DNA from: Candidatus Jorgensenbacteria bacterium
Lineage (GTDB): Bacteria; Patescibacteriota; Minisyncoccia; UBA6257; GWB1-50-10
Direction of reading: 5' to 3'
Length of the DNA: 56,418 bases
Assembly (NCBI GenBank): GCA_043797305.1
Contig: JAZDPW010000012.1
Span: forward strand, 1 to 56,418
In this document: positions 1-8,394 of the stretch, one piece after another
How positions within the stretch are numbered: position 1 is the stretch's first letter
How the letters are laid out: the number at the start of each line of letters is the position of its first letter
Position numbers and translations under genes: made by a program
The notes under the pieces: generated by a model
What the model was told of the DNA's origin: nothing
Seen by the model: the letters and a program-made list of their open reading frames with translations, nothing else
Databases searched by the model: none

Positions 1-99
1 TTAGCGCAACAACTCCTCTGAAAAAAGTTCATTTCTCTCTCCCGAGAGTTTTTGCCTGATTCGGCGCTTGCCCACAGACCTACTTTGGGAAGGAACTTT

Positions 100-1773
100 T
101 TATTCAAGCCACTCTATCTTACCGGTCGTTCTTTCCACTTCGTCAACGCTCGTTATTCCTTTCAAAACTTTCAGGATGCCGTCTTCCTGCATATTAACCA
201 TTTCTTGTTCTTTTGCCAAGCTCTTCAGCTCGATTTCGGTAGGATTTTTGTAGATCGCCTCTTCCATTTTTTCGTTTATGACGAAAAGCTCGAAAATCGA
301 GGTCCGGCCCTTAAATCCCAACCCCCCGCATTTATCGCATCCGCCGGGCGAGTAAATTCTAAAATCCTGGTAACCTTTTCTGTTTACTCTCTTGGGCAGG
401 TTTTCGATAAACTTTTTTATTTTCTCTTTCAGTGTTTCCCCGACTTCTTTTTCAACCTTGCATTTGGAGCAGAGGACGCGCACCAGGCGCTGAGCAATGA
501 CGAGAGACAGGGCCGGTCCCAAAACCTGGGGTTTGGCACCTAAATCGATAAAGCGGGGGATGGCACCGACCGCGTCGTTGGTGTGGAGCGTGGAGAAAAC
601 CAGGTGGCCGGTAAGGGACGCGTTTAGGGCGATTTCGGACGTTTCCTTGTCCCTTATTTCACCGACGAGAATTACGTCCGGGTCCTGCCTCAAGATCGAT
701 CTTAAGCCGCTTGCGAAGGTATAACCTACGGCCGAATCAACCTGAGTTTGGGAAATGCCGGGCAGATGGTATTCAATCGGGTCTTCGATGGTGATTATTT
801 TCACTTCCGGGGTGGTGATTTTCCGGAGGAAGGCGTAGAGGGTGGTGGTCTTTCCCGAACCGGTTGGACCGGTGTTCAAGATGAGGCCGTTCGGTTTTTC
901 CAACTCGTCCTTCACTATTTCCAGGTCATCTTTGCGCCAGCCCAAATCTTCCAAATTAACCTTGAGCGACTTCGGGTCGAGCAAGCGGAGCACAGCCGTT
1001 TCGCCGTACTCCGAGGGGATGAGAGAAGTTCTTATCTCTATATCGCGGTCGGAGAGAGATATGGTAAAGCGGCCGTCCTGGGGCCGGTCGTGAACGTTGA
1101 GTTTCAAATTGGAAAGGAGCTTAATGCGGGTTATTATCGACAGTTGTTTTTGTTTTTCGATTTCGTTGGAGACGTTATGAAGAAGGCCGTCGATTCTCAA
1201 ACGGAGAACGCTTGCCGCATCGGTCGGTTCGAGGTGAATGTCGGAGGAATTCAAAGCCATGCCGCCGGCAAGGATTATTTCCAAAAGCTCCGAAGTATAG
1301 GGGCTTTTAAAGTTATCGATCGTTTCGCCCAGCTCTTCCAGGTTATGGAACGTTCCTTCAAGCTCTCTTATTTTTTTTTCGTTTATCTCAACCCGCCCGC
1401 TTATTTCACCCGCCTCCTTAGTGACATATTGGTAGTGGTCCCAGGCGTGGGTGAGGCCGGTTTTCGAAACCACAAGTACCTCAAGTTCGTAGTTTTTTTT
1501 GAGCTTATCTATGAGGGTCTTGGTTTTCGGCAGTTCCGGGTCGAAAACGGCAAGAACGAGCTTTTTTCTCACGATCTGGAGCGGCACGGCAAGAGCCGCT
1601 TTGGCTTCCTCCTCTGGGACAATGCTCATTGCCTTTATCTCGGTTGGTACCCTAACCGAGATAAGATTCAAGTACTTCGCGCTGAGCTTCTCCGCTCTCC
1701 TTTGAGCGTCTTTTTCTTCAGCTTCCCGCCTCCCTTTCTCAAGGCGTTCGGAAAGTTCCTTGATTTGGGTCAT
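100..1773 (-). CDS. pilB: Type II/IV secretion / type IV pilus assembly ATPase (GspE/PilB family)
   Basis: 557-aa ORF. Walker A GPTGSGKTTT, ILVGEIRD Asp-box region, and a C-terminal tetracysteine CSKC...CDKCGG typical of GspE/PilB ATPases. Confidence 0.85.
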   Translation of the reverse strand: MTQIKELSERLEKGRREAEEKDAQRRAEKLSAKYLNLISVRVPTEIKAMSIVPEEEAKAALAVPLQIVRKKLVLAVFDPELPKTKTLIDKLKKNYELEVLVVSKTGLTHAWDHYQYVTKEAGEISGRVEINEKKIRELEGTFHNLEELGETIDNFKSPYTSELLEIILAGGMALNSSDIHLEPTDAASVLRLRIDGLLHNVSNEIEKQKQLSIITRIKLLSNLKLNVHDRPQDGRFTISLSDRDIEIRTSLIPSEYGETAVLRLLDPKSLKVNLEDLGWRKDDLEIVKDELEKPNGLILNTGPTGSGKTTTLYAFLRKITTPEVKIITIEDPIEYHLPGISQTQVDSAVGYTFASGLRSILRQDPDVILVGEIRDKETSEIALNASLTGHLVFSTLHTNDAVGAIPRFIDLGAKPQVLGPALSLVIAQRLVRVLCSKCKVEKEVGETLKEKIKKFIENLPKRVNRKGYQDFRIYSPGGCDKCGGLGFKGRTSIFELFVINEKMEEAIYKNPTEIELKSLAKEQEMVNMQEDGILKVLKGITSVDEVERTTGKIEWLE

Positions 1774-1825
1774 TTAATTCAGATTATATCTTTTAAACCC
1801 GCCTTACAAGGCGGTTTTCTCCCAT

Positions 1826-1854
1826 TTGACAAAACCTATAAAATATGTAATAAT
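1826..1854 (+). promoter_or_regulatory. Candidate sigma70-type promoter for the 1937 ORF
   Basis: TTGACA (1826-1831), a 17-nt spacer, then AATAAT (1849-1854). Confidence 0.4.
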
Positions 1855-1936
1855 TTGGTCAGGACATTAAGTCTTTGTTTGACACAACTACCACGGACTT
1901 CATAGGTACGCCAACAGATGATAGAGGAGGTGGACA

Positions 1937-2371
1937 ATGAAGAAGACGTTGCTTTTGGTTCCGCTCTTCGCGCTCCTCTCTTCCGGGTGCGCGACCTACA
2001 CCATTCGGACATCTGACGTTCGGGAAACCGTCCGGAGCGGCTTCCGAGGGTTCCCGATTGCCACCTTGAGCGTCCGCAACAACAGCGGTCGCCCGGTGGT
2101 GATCGACGCTTTCCTCGGTGGGCCGGTCGAGCTGGAACTCAGCCCGCCAACCGAGGTCGGGCCAGGCGAGAAGTTCGTTGTGGAGGTTCGCCGCTACTTG
2201 CGGTCAGGTCTCCACTACACGGTTGAGGTCGGCGCGGTCGCCGCGACCGCGCCGAACGGCCGACCCGTCCGGGCGGCCGTGAGATCCTGGAGTTTCCACG
2301 ACATGTCCCGTTCCGTGAGGAACGAGACGTGGTATGTGGAAGAAGGAGGCGGCGGCCTGAGATTCCGCTAA
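1937..2371 (+). CDS. Hypothetical lipoprotein in a GC-rich islet
   Basis: 144-aa ORF. Signal peptide with lipobox MKKTLLLVPLFALLSSGC. Strong SD (GGAGG, 6 nt before the ATG). Visibly higher GC than the flanks. Confidence 0.6.
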   Translation: MKKTLLLVPLFALLSSGCATYTIRTSDVRETVRSGFRGFPIATLSVRNNSGRPVVIDAFLGGPVELELSPPTEVGPGEKFVVEVRRYLRSGLHYTVEVGAVAATAPNGRPVRAAVRSWSFHDMSRSVRNETWYVEEGGGGLRFR

Positions 2372-2386
2372 CCTCCAACGCATGAC

Positions 2387-2417
2387 GGCGCCCGCCCTCG
2401 AACAGAGAGCGGGCGCC
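2387..2417 (+). terminator. GC-rich hairpin after the lipoprotein ORF
   Basis: GGCGCCCGC (2387-2395) pairs with GCGGGCGCC (2409-2417). The T-tract is weak. Confidence 0.4.
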
Positions 2418-2437
2418 GATTCGTTTATAATGAACTC

Positions 2438-3343
2438 ATGCCCGAAATGCCGGAGGTTGAAACTATCGCAAGAGGCCTCAATCGAAAAATTAAAAATCGG
2501 AAAATCATGGACATTTGGACCGACTGGCCGAGATATTCTTCTTTACGCAAGCGCGTAGTCGGCAAAAAAATCACCGGCGTCACCCGCCGAGGCAAGAACG
2601 TTTTAATTCATCTCTCCGGCAATCATCTCCTCCTCATCCACCAAAAAATGAGCGGCCATCTTATGGTCGGAAAATGGAAACCGAAATCGGAATTAACGGC
2701 CTCGCAAATTGCTGACTTGCCGGAAGGGTGGCGGGAACAAAAATGGATTCCGGTGCCGCCACGGGGACCGCTTACGGACCCGATGAACAGATTCATCCGG
2801 CTTATTTTCTTTTTGGATAACGGTGAGATGTTTGCTCTCTCCGACCTTCGGCGATTTGCCAAAGTTCTTTGCGCCCCCGAGCGGGAAATTTTAAATTTGC
2901 CGGAGATAAAAAAATTGGGGCCGGAACCGCTCGACAAAAAATTTAACTTTCGCAAATTCGAGGAGCTTTTCCGTGGCAGGAAAGGCAGGATCAAGCAGGT
3001 GTTGATGGACCAGAATTTCATTACCGGCATCGGCAACATTTATGCCGACGAGATTCTCTGGCTAGCAAAAATCCACCCCACCGCGAGGATTGAGACTCTA
3101 AACGAGCGGGCGCTGAAGGTAATTTACGGTTCAATGAGAAAGATTTTAGGAAAAGCCCTCCGGCTCCGGGGAACTTCAATAGACGATTATCGCGACTCCG
3201 GCGGGGAGCGGGGCGGGTACGACCTTACCCGTTACGTTTATCAGCGGGAAGGCGAGCCCTGCAAACGTTGCGGCACCGAAATCAAAAGATTGAAATTGGG
3301 AGGCCGATCGGCCCATTATTGCCCGAAATGCCAGAAGATTTAG
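2438..3343 (+). CDS. fpg: Formamidopyrimidine-DNA glycosylase
   Basis: N-terminal MPEMPEVE (catalytic Pro2/Glu3), an H2TH region, and a C-terminal zinc finger CKRCG...CPKCQ. TATAAT lies 6 nt upstream of the ATG. Confidence 0.9.
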   Translation: MPEMPEVETIARGLNRKIKNRKIMDIWTDWPRYSSLRKRVVGKKITGVTRRGKNVLIHLSGNHLLLIHQKMSGHLMVGKWKPKSELTASQIADLPEGWREQKWIPVPPRGPLTDPMNRFIRLIFFLDNGEMFALSDLRRFAKVLCAPEREILNLPEIKKLGPEPLDKKFNFRKFEELFRGRKGRIKQVLMDQNFITGIGNIYADEILWLAKIHPTARIETLNERALKVIYGSMRKILGKALRLRGTSIDDYRDSGGERGGYDLTRYVYQREGEPCKRCGTEIKRLKLGGRSAHYCPKCQKI

Positions 3344-3358
3344 AATTGTTCAGGACCC

Positions 3359-4171
3359 ATGATTATCCACCTCTACGGTAAAGATTCTTATCGCCGCAAC
3401 CGCAAACTGAAAGAGCTTAGCGAAGCCTATCAAAAAAAGCACGCGCCGATCGACATGACCGTTTTCGACCTTGAAAACGATCCCGACGACTGGCAAAGAG
3501 CGGGAGATTTTTTCAACCAGCCGTCGATGTTCGTTGATTCCAAACTCGCTGTGGTAAGGGGAGCTCAGGCGGCGGACAATAAGGAATGGACCAGTATCTT
3601 GAAAGCCCAAGTCGATGCCGAAAAAGTTTTTGTCATCATCTCCGACAATAATCCGCCCAAGAAAGAATTCAGGTTTTTATCGAAAGAAACGGTGATGTCC
3701 CAAAAGTTCGACGAGCTTGAAGGAGCGACCCTTGCCGGTTTCCTGGAAAAAGAAGCCGCCCTCCGCGGTCTTCGGTTCACCGAAGACGCCTGGCATTTCT
3801 TTCTTTCCTACATCGCCGATTCCGAGGAGCGGAGCGCTCTTGCCGTAAACGAACTGGAAAAACTTCTCCTTTTGGGATTTCGGGAAGAAGTCACGCTTGC
3901 TCGCCTTCGGACGGTCATTAATTTCGAAAGAAGAGAAGAGGTTTTCAGAATTGCTTCGGTGATTTTGGGAAACGGGGGAATCGGCCGCAAACTCGGCGCG
4001 TTCGAAAAAGCCCTTCTTCAACGGGAAGCGCCGAGCTATATTTTCAATTCACTCGGTTTTCAGGCGCAAGGCAAACCGGCTCTTCAGCTTGCCGATTACG
4101 ACATTTCCTTGAAGAGCGGCGGTTTGGAGTACGAAGAAGCGGTTACGGACTTTATTTTATCTTCTTCGTAA
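3359..4171 (+). CDS. holA: DNA polymerase III delta subunit-like protein
   Basis: 270-aa ORF with the general layout of short HolA proteins (N-terminal 'IHLYGKD' start, helical C-terminal domain). Similarity judged by eye only. Confidence 0.55.
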   Translation: MIIHLYGKDSYRRNRKLKELSEAYQKKHAPIDMTVFDLENDPDDWQRAGDFFNQPSMFVDSKLAVVRGAQAADNKEWTSILKAQVDAEKVFVIISDNNPPKKEFRFLSKETVMSQKFDELEGATLAGFLEKEAALRGLRFTEDAWHFFLSYIADSEERSALAVNELEKLLLLGFREEVTLARLRTVINFERREEVFRIASVILGNGGIGRKLGAFEKALLQREAPSYIFNSLGFQAQGKPALQLADYDISLKSGGLEYEEAVTDFILSSS

Positions 4172-4406
4172 GGCGCGATTTCAGGCGATTGGCTTTATTT
4201 TTCTTGATGAGCCCAGTTTTCGCCACCTTATCGAGTGCTTTATAAACTTTCGGCAAAAAAGCCCGAGCCTCCTCGGTTTTGCCGCTCAAAACGAGCTTCT
4301 TAAACTCTCTTATTGTTTCCTTTACTTTTCTCTGCCGGTCAAGGTTTCTCGCCCGGCGGCGGGTTGCCTGCCGAAGAGCCTTTTTAGCCGATTTGATTTT
4401 TGGCAT
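4152..4406 (-). CDS. rpsT: 30S ribosomal protein S20
   Basis: 84-aa basic protein starting MPKIKSAKKALRQ..RRR.RN, typical of S20. Confidence 0.9.
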   Translation of the reverse strand: MPKIKSAKKALRQATRRRARNLDRQRKVKETIREFKKLVLSGKTEEARAFLPKVYKALDKVAKTGLIKKNKANRLKSRLTKKIK

Positions 4407-4519
4407 GTCGTTTTATTAAAGCTGACGGGCGAAGCGAAGTCAAGCTTTATCATAAAACGAGCACTCTGAAGCCCGCTGAAGAGTTACCTTATTTTAATAA
4501 AAGTCCTTATAATAAAAGT

Positions 4520-5101
4520 ATGATTTATTCCGTAAAAGGGAAGGTAACCGGCCGGGGCGACTCTTTCGTGGTTATTGAAGTCGGTGGAGTCGGTTTCAAG
4601 GTTTCGACCGACAGCCGGACCCTGAGAGAAATTGCCGGCACGAACGAGGAAGTGAAGCTTTTTTGTTACACCTACTTTCGCGATGACCGTCTCGAACTTT
4701 ACGGATTCAAGGAAGAAGAGACTCTCCGCCTTTTCGAAATGTTGAACACGGTAGGCGGCATCGGCCCCAAAACCGCCCTTGGGATTCTCGACGTCGATAC
4801 GATTCCGAACATTATGGCGGCGATTATTGAAAAGCGAGCCGAGCTCCTTACCCGCACTTCCGGCATCGGCCGCAAGACTGCCGAGCGGATAATCTTGGAG
4901 CTCCACGGTAAAATCAAATTGCCGAAAGCCAAGATGCTCACCGAAAAGATGGATATCGACAGGGAAATCGAAGAAGCGCTCGCGGGTTTGGGTTACGGCC
5001 GGGGCGACATAAGACGGGCGATTGAGGCCGTTCCCGAGAGCGAGAAAACTCTTGAAGAGCGCCTGAAGTACGCCCTAAAGTCGCTCGGCCGGCGGAAATA
5101 A
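4520..5101 (+). CDS. ruvA: Holliday junction DNA helicase RuvA
   Basis: MIYSVKGKV... N-terminus with an OB fold, then HhH motifs (GIGPKTA, GIGRKTAERI). Start taken at internal ATG 4520, which has TATAAT (4508-4513) 6 nt upstream. The track ORF starts at 4400. Confidence 0.9.
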   Translation: MIYSVKGKVTGRGDSFVVIEVGGVGFKVSTDSRTLREIAGTNEEVKLFCYTYFRDDRLELYGFKEEETLRLFEMLNTVGGIGPKTALGILDVDTIPNIMAAIIEKRAELLTRTSGIGRKTAERIILELHGKIKLPKAKMLTEKMDIDREIEEALAGLGYGRGDIRRAIEAVPESEKTLEERLKYALKSLGRRK

Positions 5102-5105
5102 GATA

Positions 5106-6395
5106 ATGCTCGAGAAGATTTTACGCTTTTCCAAAAAGTATCTCATTCCCAGACCGGTTTTTCGGCTGGTTCAGCCGTTTTATCACTATTTTCTCGCTTG
5201 GCTCGGCGCCGTGATTTGCGGCGCGCCGTCAAAGAAGATTTTCGTGGTGGGTATCACCGGCACCAAAGGCAAAACGACAGCTCTTGAGATGGTAAACGCC
5301 GTTCTCGAATCGGCCGGAAAAAAGACGGCAATGTTTTCCTCGGTCAGCCGGAAGATAGGAAGCGAGCGGCGGGGGAACCCAACCGAAACAACCATGCCGG
5401 GCCGGTTTGCTCTCCAGAGGTTTTTTGAGGAAGCGGTCCAAGCCGGTTGTACCCACGCCCTGGTTGAAGTCACCTCCGAGGGCGTGACCAGGCACCGTCA
5501 CCGTTTCATCCACTGGGACGCGGCGGTTTTTTTGAATATTCATCCCGAACACATCGAAGCCCACGGCACGTTCCACGCCTACCTTAAAGCCAAGCTCGGT
5601 TTCTTCCGTTATCTCAAGCATTCCGCCAAGGAGAAAAAGTATTTCCTCATTAACAAAGACGACTCTCACGCCCCCGATTTTGTGGAAGCGGCCGACGAAA
5701 CGAAGAGAAAAGAAGTGATACTTTTCAGCCGGGACGATGTTTCGAGGGTTTTGAACGAAATTAAGGAAGAGCACAGCCCGGACTGGCTCTCCGCCGACTT
5801 CAATTTTGAAAACGCGGCCGCCGCAAACGCCCTCGCCAAGGTCTTAGGAATAAAAGATGAGGAAATTTGGGAGGCTTTCCGGAATTTCAAAACCCTGAAA
5901 GGGAGAATGGACTTCGTCCAAAAGGAGCCCTTTGCGGTCGTCATTGATTACGCCCACACCCCGCTCTCGCTTCTTTCGGTTTACGAAAACCTGCGCCGGG
6001 AGCCGATTTTCAAAAAAGGTTCGCGCCTGATTTGCGTTTTGGGCTCGGCTGGCGGCGGCCGGGACAAATGGAAACGGCCCGAGCTCGGTAAAATCGCCGC
6101 CCACCACTGCGACCAGATTTTCATTACCGACGAAGACCCTTATGAAGAAGACCCCCGCCGAATCATGGAAGAAATAAAGTCCGGCATTCCGGGGGATGAA
6201 TTGCCGGCGCCGAAAATGGAAATGGTTTTGGATAGAAGAGAGGCTATTGAGAAAGCGATTTTTACCGCCCAAAAAGGCGACGTGGTTGCGATAACGGGGA
6301 AAGGAAGCGAAGAGTGGATTCACATGAAAGGCGGCGCAAAAATTCCCTGGGACGACCGCAAAATTGTCGAAGAGATTCTCTTTGACACTCGGTGA
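5106..6395 (+). CDS. murE: Mur ligase family protein (MurE-like UDP-MurNAc-tripeptide synthetase)
   Basis: P-loop GITGTKGKTT, DYAHTP motif, GSAGGGRDKWKRPELG and ITDEDPYEEDP motifs of MurE-type ligases. Confidence 0.7.
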   Translation: MLEKILRFSKKYLIPRPVFRLVQPFYHYFLAWLGAVICGAPSKKIFVVGITGTKGKTTALEMVNAVLESAGKKTAMFSSVSRKIGSERRGNPTETTMPGRFALQRFFEEAVQAGCTHALVEVTSEGVTRHRHRFIHWDAAVFLNIHPEHIEAHGTFHAYLKAKLGFFRYLKHSAKEKKYFLINKDDSHAPDFVEAADETKRKEVILFSRDDVSRVLNEIKEEHSPDWLSADFNFENAAAANALAKVLGIKDEEIWEAFRNFKTLKGRMDFVQKEPFAVVIDYAHTPLSLLSVYENLRREPIFKKGSRLICVLGSAGGGRDKWKRPELGKIAAHHCDQIFITDEDPYEEDPRRIMEEIKSGIPGDELPAPKMEMVLDRREAIEKAIFTAQKGDVVAITGKGSEEWIHMKGGAKIPWDDRKIVEEILFDTR

Positions 6396-6445
6396 TTATT
6401 AACGTATAACTTCTCTAGTTCCACTCTCTGACGGAGGTAAGAAAC

Positions 6446-6652
6446 ATGCCGTGGGACATACCATGGGCGGTCCCCATCATCGGCGCCATCTGTGTAGCGG
6501 CCGGGTTTCTCACCGCCTGCCTTTTCGGTGAGGCCGTCGCCTCGTCGATGCAGATCCGGATCGTCGATGGGCAGACGACCCGGAGGAAATCGTGGATTCT
6601 CCTCCTGGTCGGGCTCGTACTCACCTTCTTCGGGATCGTGCTCCTGTGGTAG
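6446..6652 (+). CDS. Small two-TM membrane protein in a GC-rich islet
   Basis: 68-aa ORF with two hydrophobic segments separated by a basic loop. GGAGG lies 8 nt before the ATG. The segment is GC-rich. Confidence 0.4.
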   Translation: MPWDIPWAVPIIGAICVAAGFLTACLFGEAVASSMQIRIVDGQTTRRKSWILLLVGLVLTFFGIVLLW

Positions 6653-6731
6653 CCGATCCCGCGACAAAGCAACACACCCTGGTTGTCTCAATGGATTTTA
6701 GTCCAGCGAGGCGGCCGGGGTGTTGTATTTT

Positions 6732-6773
6732 ATCTGCCCTAGGTTTTAACCTAGGTTAAAACCTAGGGCAGAT
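6732..6773. repeat. Perfect 42-bp palindrome (candidate operator or terminator)
   Basis: ATCTGCCCTAGGTTTTAACCT|AGGTTAAAACCTAGGGCAGAT is self-complementary with no mismatch and contains CCTAGG three times. Confidence 0.9.
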
Positions 6774-6791
6774 GTGGTATGATAATTTAAT

Positions 6792-6965
6792 ATGACAAGG
6801 AGGGAAATTTTTGACGAAGACGTAAGGAATATTCAAAAATCGAAACGGAGCTATTACATCACGCTCCCCATTCGCCACGTGCGGGAATTGGGATGGCGGG
6901 AGACCCAAAAGGTGGTGGTGAAAAAAGAAGGAAAGAAATTAATCGTCGAAGATTGGAAACCATGA
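6792..6965 (+). CDS. AbrB/SpoVT-like small DNA-binding protein (57 aa, absent from the ORF track)
   Basis: Own translation: MTRREIFDEDVRNIQKSKRSYYITLPIRHVRELGWRETQKVVVKKEGKKLIVEDWKP*. The 'YYITLPIRHVRELGW...VVV...GKKLIV' pattern resembles swapped-hairpin AbrB/MazE domains. Its stop overlaps the next gene's start (ATGA at 6962-6965). Confidence 0.6.
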   Translation: MTRREIFDEDVRNIQKSKRSYYITLPIRHVRELGWRETQKVVVKKEGKKLIVEDWKP

Positions 6966-8308
6966 CGCTTACTTTTTACGGCGGCGTCAAAGAAGTGACC
7001 GGCGCCAACTATTTGTTGGAATCGGCCGGGGTGAAGATCCTCGTTGACTGCGGGATGATTCAGGGCGGGAATTACGCCGAGCGGCAGAACTTCGAGCCGT
7101 TTCCCTACGACCCCAAGGGCATAAAAGCGGTTCTCGTAACCCACGCTCACATTGACCATACCGGCCGCCTGCCGAAACTCGTCAAAGACGGGTTTCGCGG
7201 AGAGGTGCTTTCCACTTCGCCGACCCGGGAGTTCGCGAAGCACTTACTCGAAGATTCGGTTGATATTCTCTCCCGGGAAGCGAAAAAACACGGTCGGGAA
7301 CCGTTCTGTGAACCGGAGACGCTCGGGATTCTCGCGAATTTGTGGCAGGGAGTAGGGTACGGCGAAGAAACCGCTATCGGGCCTTTCAGAATTATTTTCC
7401 GCAATGCCGGCCATATTTTGGGTTCGGCCTTCATTGAAATGGAAGCGGAAGGCAAAAAAATAATTTTCTCGGGCGATTTGGGCAACTCCCCGGCGCCGCT
7501 TATCAAACCCCTTGAGTACGCAAGCGGAGCCGATTATTGCCTAATAGAGTCCACTTACGGCGGCCGCGCTCACGAAGGGGTGGATAAAATGAGGGACGAT
7601 TTGGAGGATGTGGTTGAAGATACGGTGCGGGCCGGCGGAGTGCTCCTTATCCCGGCTTTTGCTATGGAGCGGACTCAGTCGCTTCTCCACCACTTGGACG
7701 GCCTGATGGGGGAAGGGCGCATCCCTGAGGTGCCGGTATTTCTCGATAGCCCCCTTGCTATTCGTCTTACCACCGTCTATCAGAGCTTCGGCGAGTACTT
7801 AAGTGAAGAGACGCGGGAATTTTTAAAAAAAGACAAAACCCTTTTCGATTTTCCTTATCTTAAGAAAACCTCCAAGACAGAAGAATCGAAAGCGATTTCC
7901 CGGGTGCTGCCGCCTAAAATCATAATTGCCGGTTCGGGGATGTCTCAGGGCGGTCGGATTCTTTATCACGAAAGGGATTATCTCTCCGACCCGAAAAGCA
8001 CGATTTTGTTCGTCGGTTACCAGGTAAAAGGTTCGCTGGGCCGCCGCATTTTGGACGGCGAAAAACAAGTCAGAATCTTAGGCGAGGAAGTGCCGGTGCG
8101 GGCGAAGGTGGTTGTTATCCACGGCTATTCGGCTCACGCCGACCAGGGACAGCTTCTGGAGTGGCTCTCGCCGATGCGGCAAGGCCTGAAAAAAGTTTTC
8201 GTGGTTCAGGGCGAAGAGGAACAGTCAACTTTGCTTGCCCAAAAAATCGAGGATGAGCTTGCTGTTTCCGCCCATCTTCCTTCTTCGGGCGAGCGCCTGA
8301 TGTTATAA
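6962..8308 (+). CDS. MBL-fold metallo-hydrolase with beta-CASP domain (RNA-metabolising nuclease)
   Basis: HAHIDHTG (HxHxDH) and C-terminal HGYSAHADQ motifs. Start taken at MTLTFYGG (6962) rather than the track start 6893. Confidence 0.85.
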   Translation: MTLTFYGGVKEVTGANYLLESAGVKILVDCGMIQGGNYAERQNFEPFPYDPKGIKAVLVTHAHIDHTGRLPKLVKDGFRGEVLSTSPTREFAKHLLEDSVDILSREAKKHGREPFCEPETLGILANLWQGVGYGEETAIGPFRIIFRNAGHILGSAFIEMEAEGKKIIFSGDLGNSPAPLIKPLEYASGADYCLIESTYGGRAHEGVDKMRDDLEDVVEDTVRAGGVLLIPAFAMERTQSLLHHLDGLMGEGRIPEVPVFLDSPLAIRLTTVYQSFGEYLSEETREFLKKDKTLFDFPYLKKTSKTEESKAISRVLPPKIIIAGSGMSQGGRILYHERDYLSDPKSTILFVGYQVKGSLGRRILDGEKQVRILGEEVPVRAKVVVIHGYSAHADQGQLLEWLSPMRQGLKKVFVVQGEEEQSTLLAQKIEDELAVSAHLPSSGERLML

Positions 8309-8394
8309 TTACTAGCGAGGAGAAAAATGTAAAAGAGAGGTTTGCATTTTTTCCGAGCGACGTAATTATGAGCGAAGCGATATAATAAAAACGC

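Noticed and set aside
1-99. Looked for a partial gene at the left edge, downstream of pilB on the minus strand.
   Set aside because: Only a 10-codon frame (MNFFQRSCCA*) is present, which is too little sequence to support any call.
748-1905. 385-aa plus-strand ORF overlapping pilB, and similar long antisense ORFs: 8206-8904(-), 12706-13260(-), 22833-23390(-), 23676-24374(-), 32954-33625(+), 39312-39908(-), 42792-43442(+), 51268-51945(-), 52351-52941(-), 55358-55942(-).
   Set aside because: Each lies fully antisense to a gene with clear family motifs. Their translations are low-complexity and motif-free, and they lack any start context. They are shadow ORFs of the real genes.
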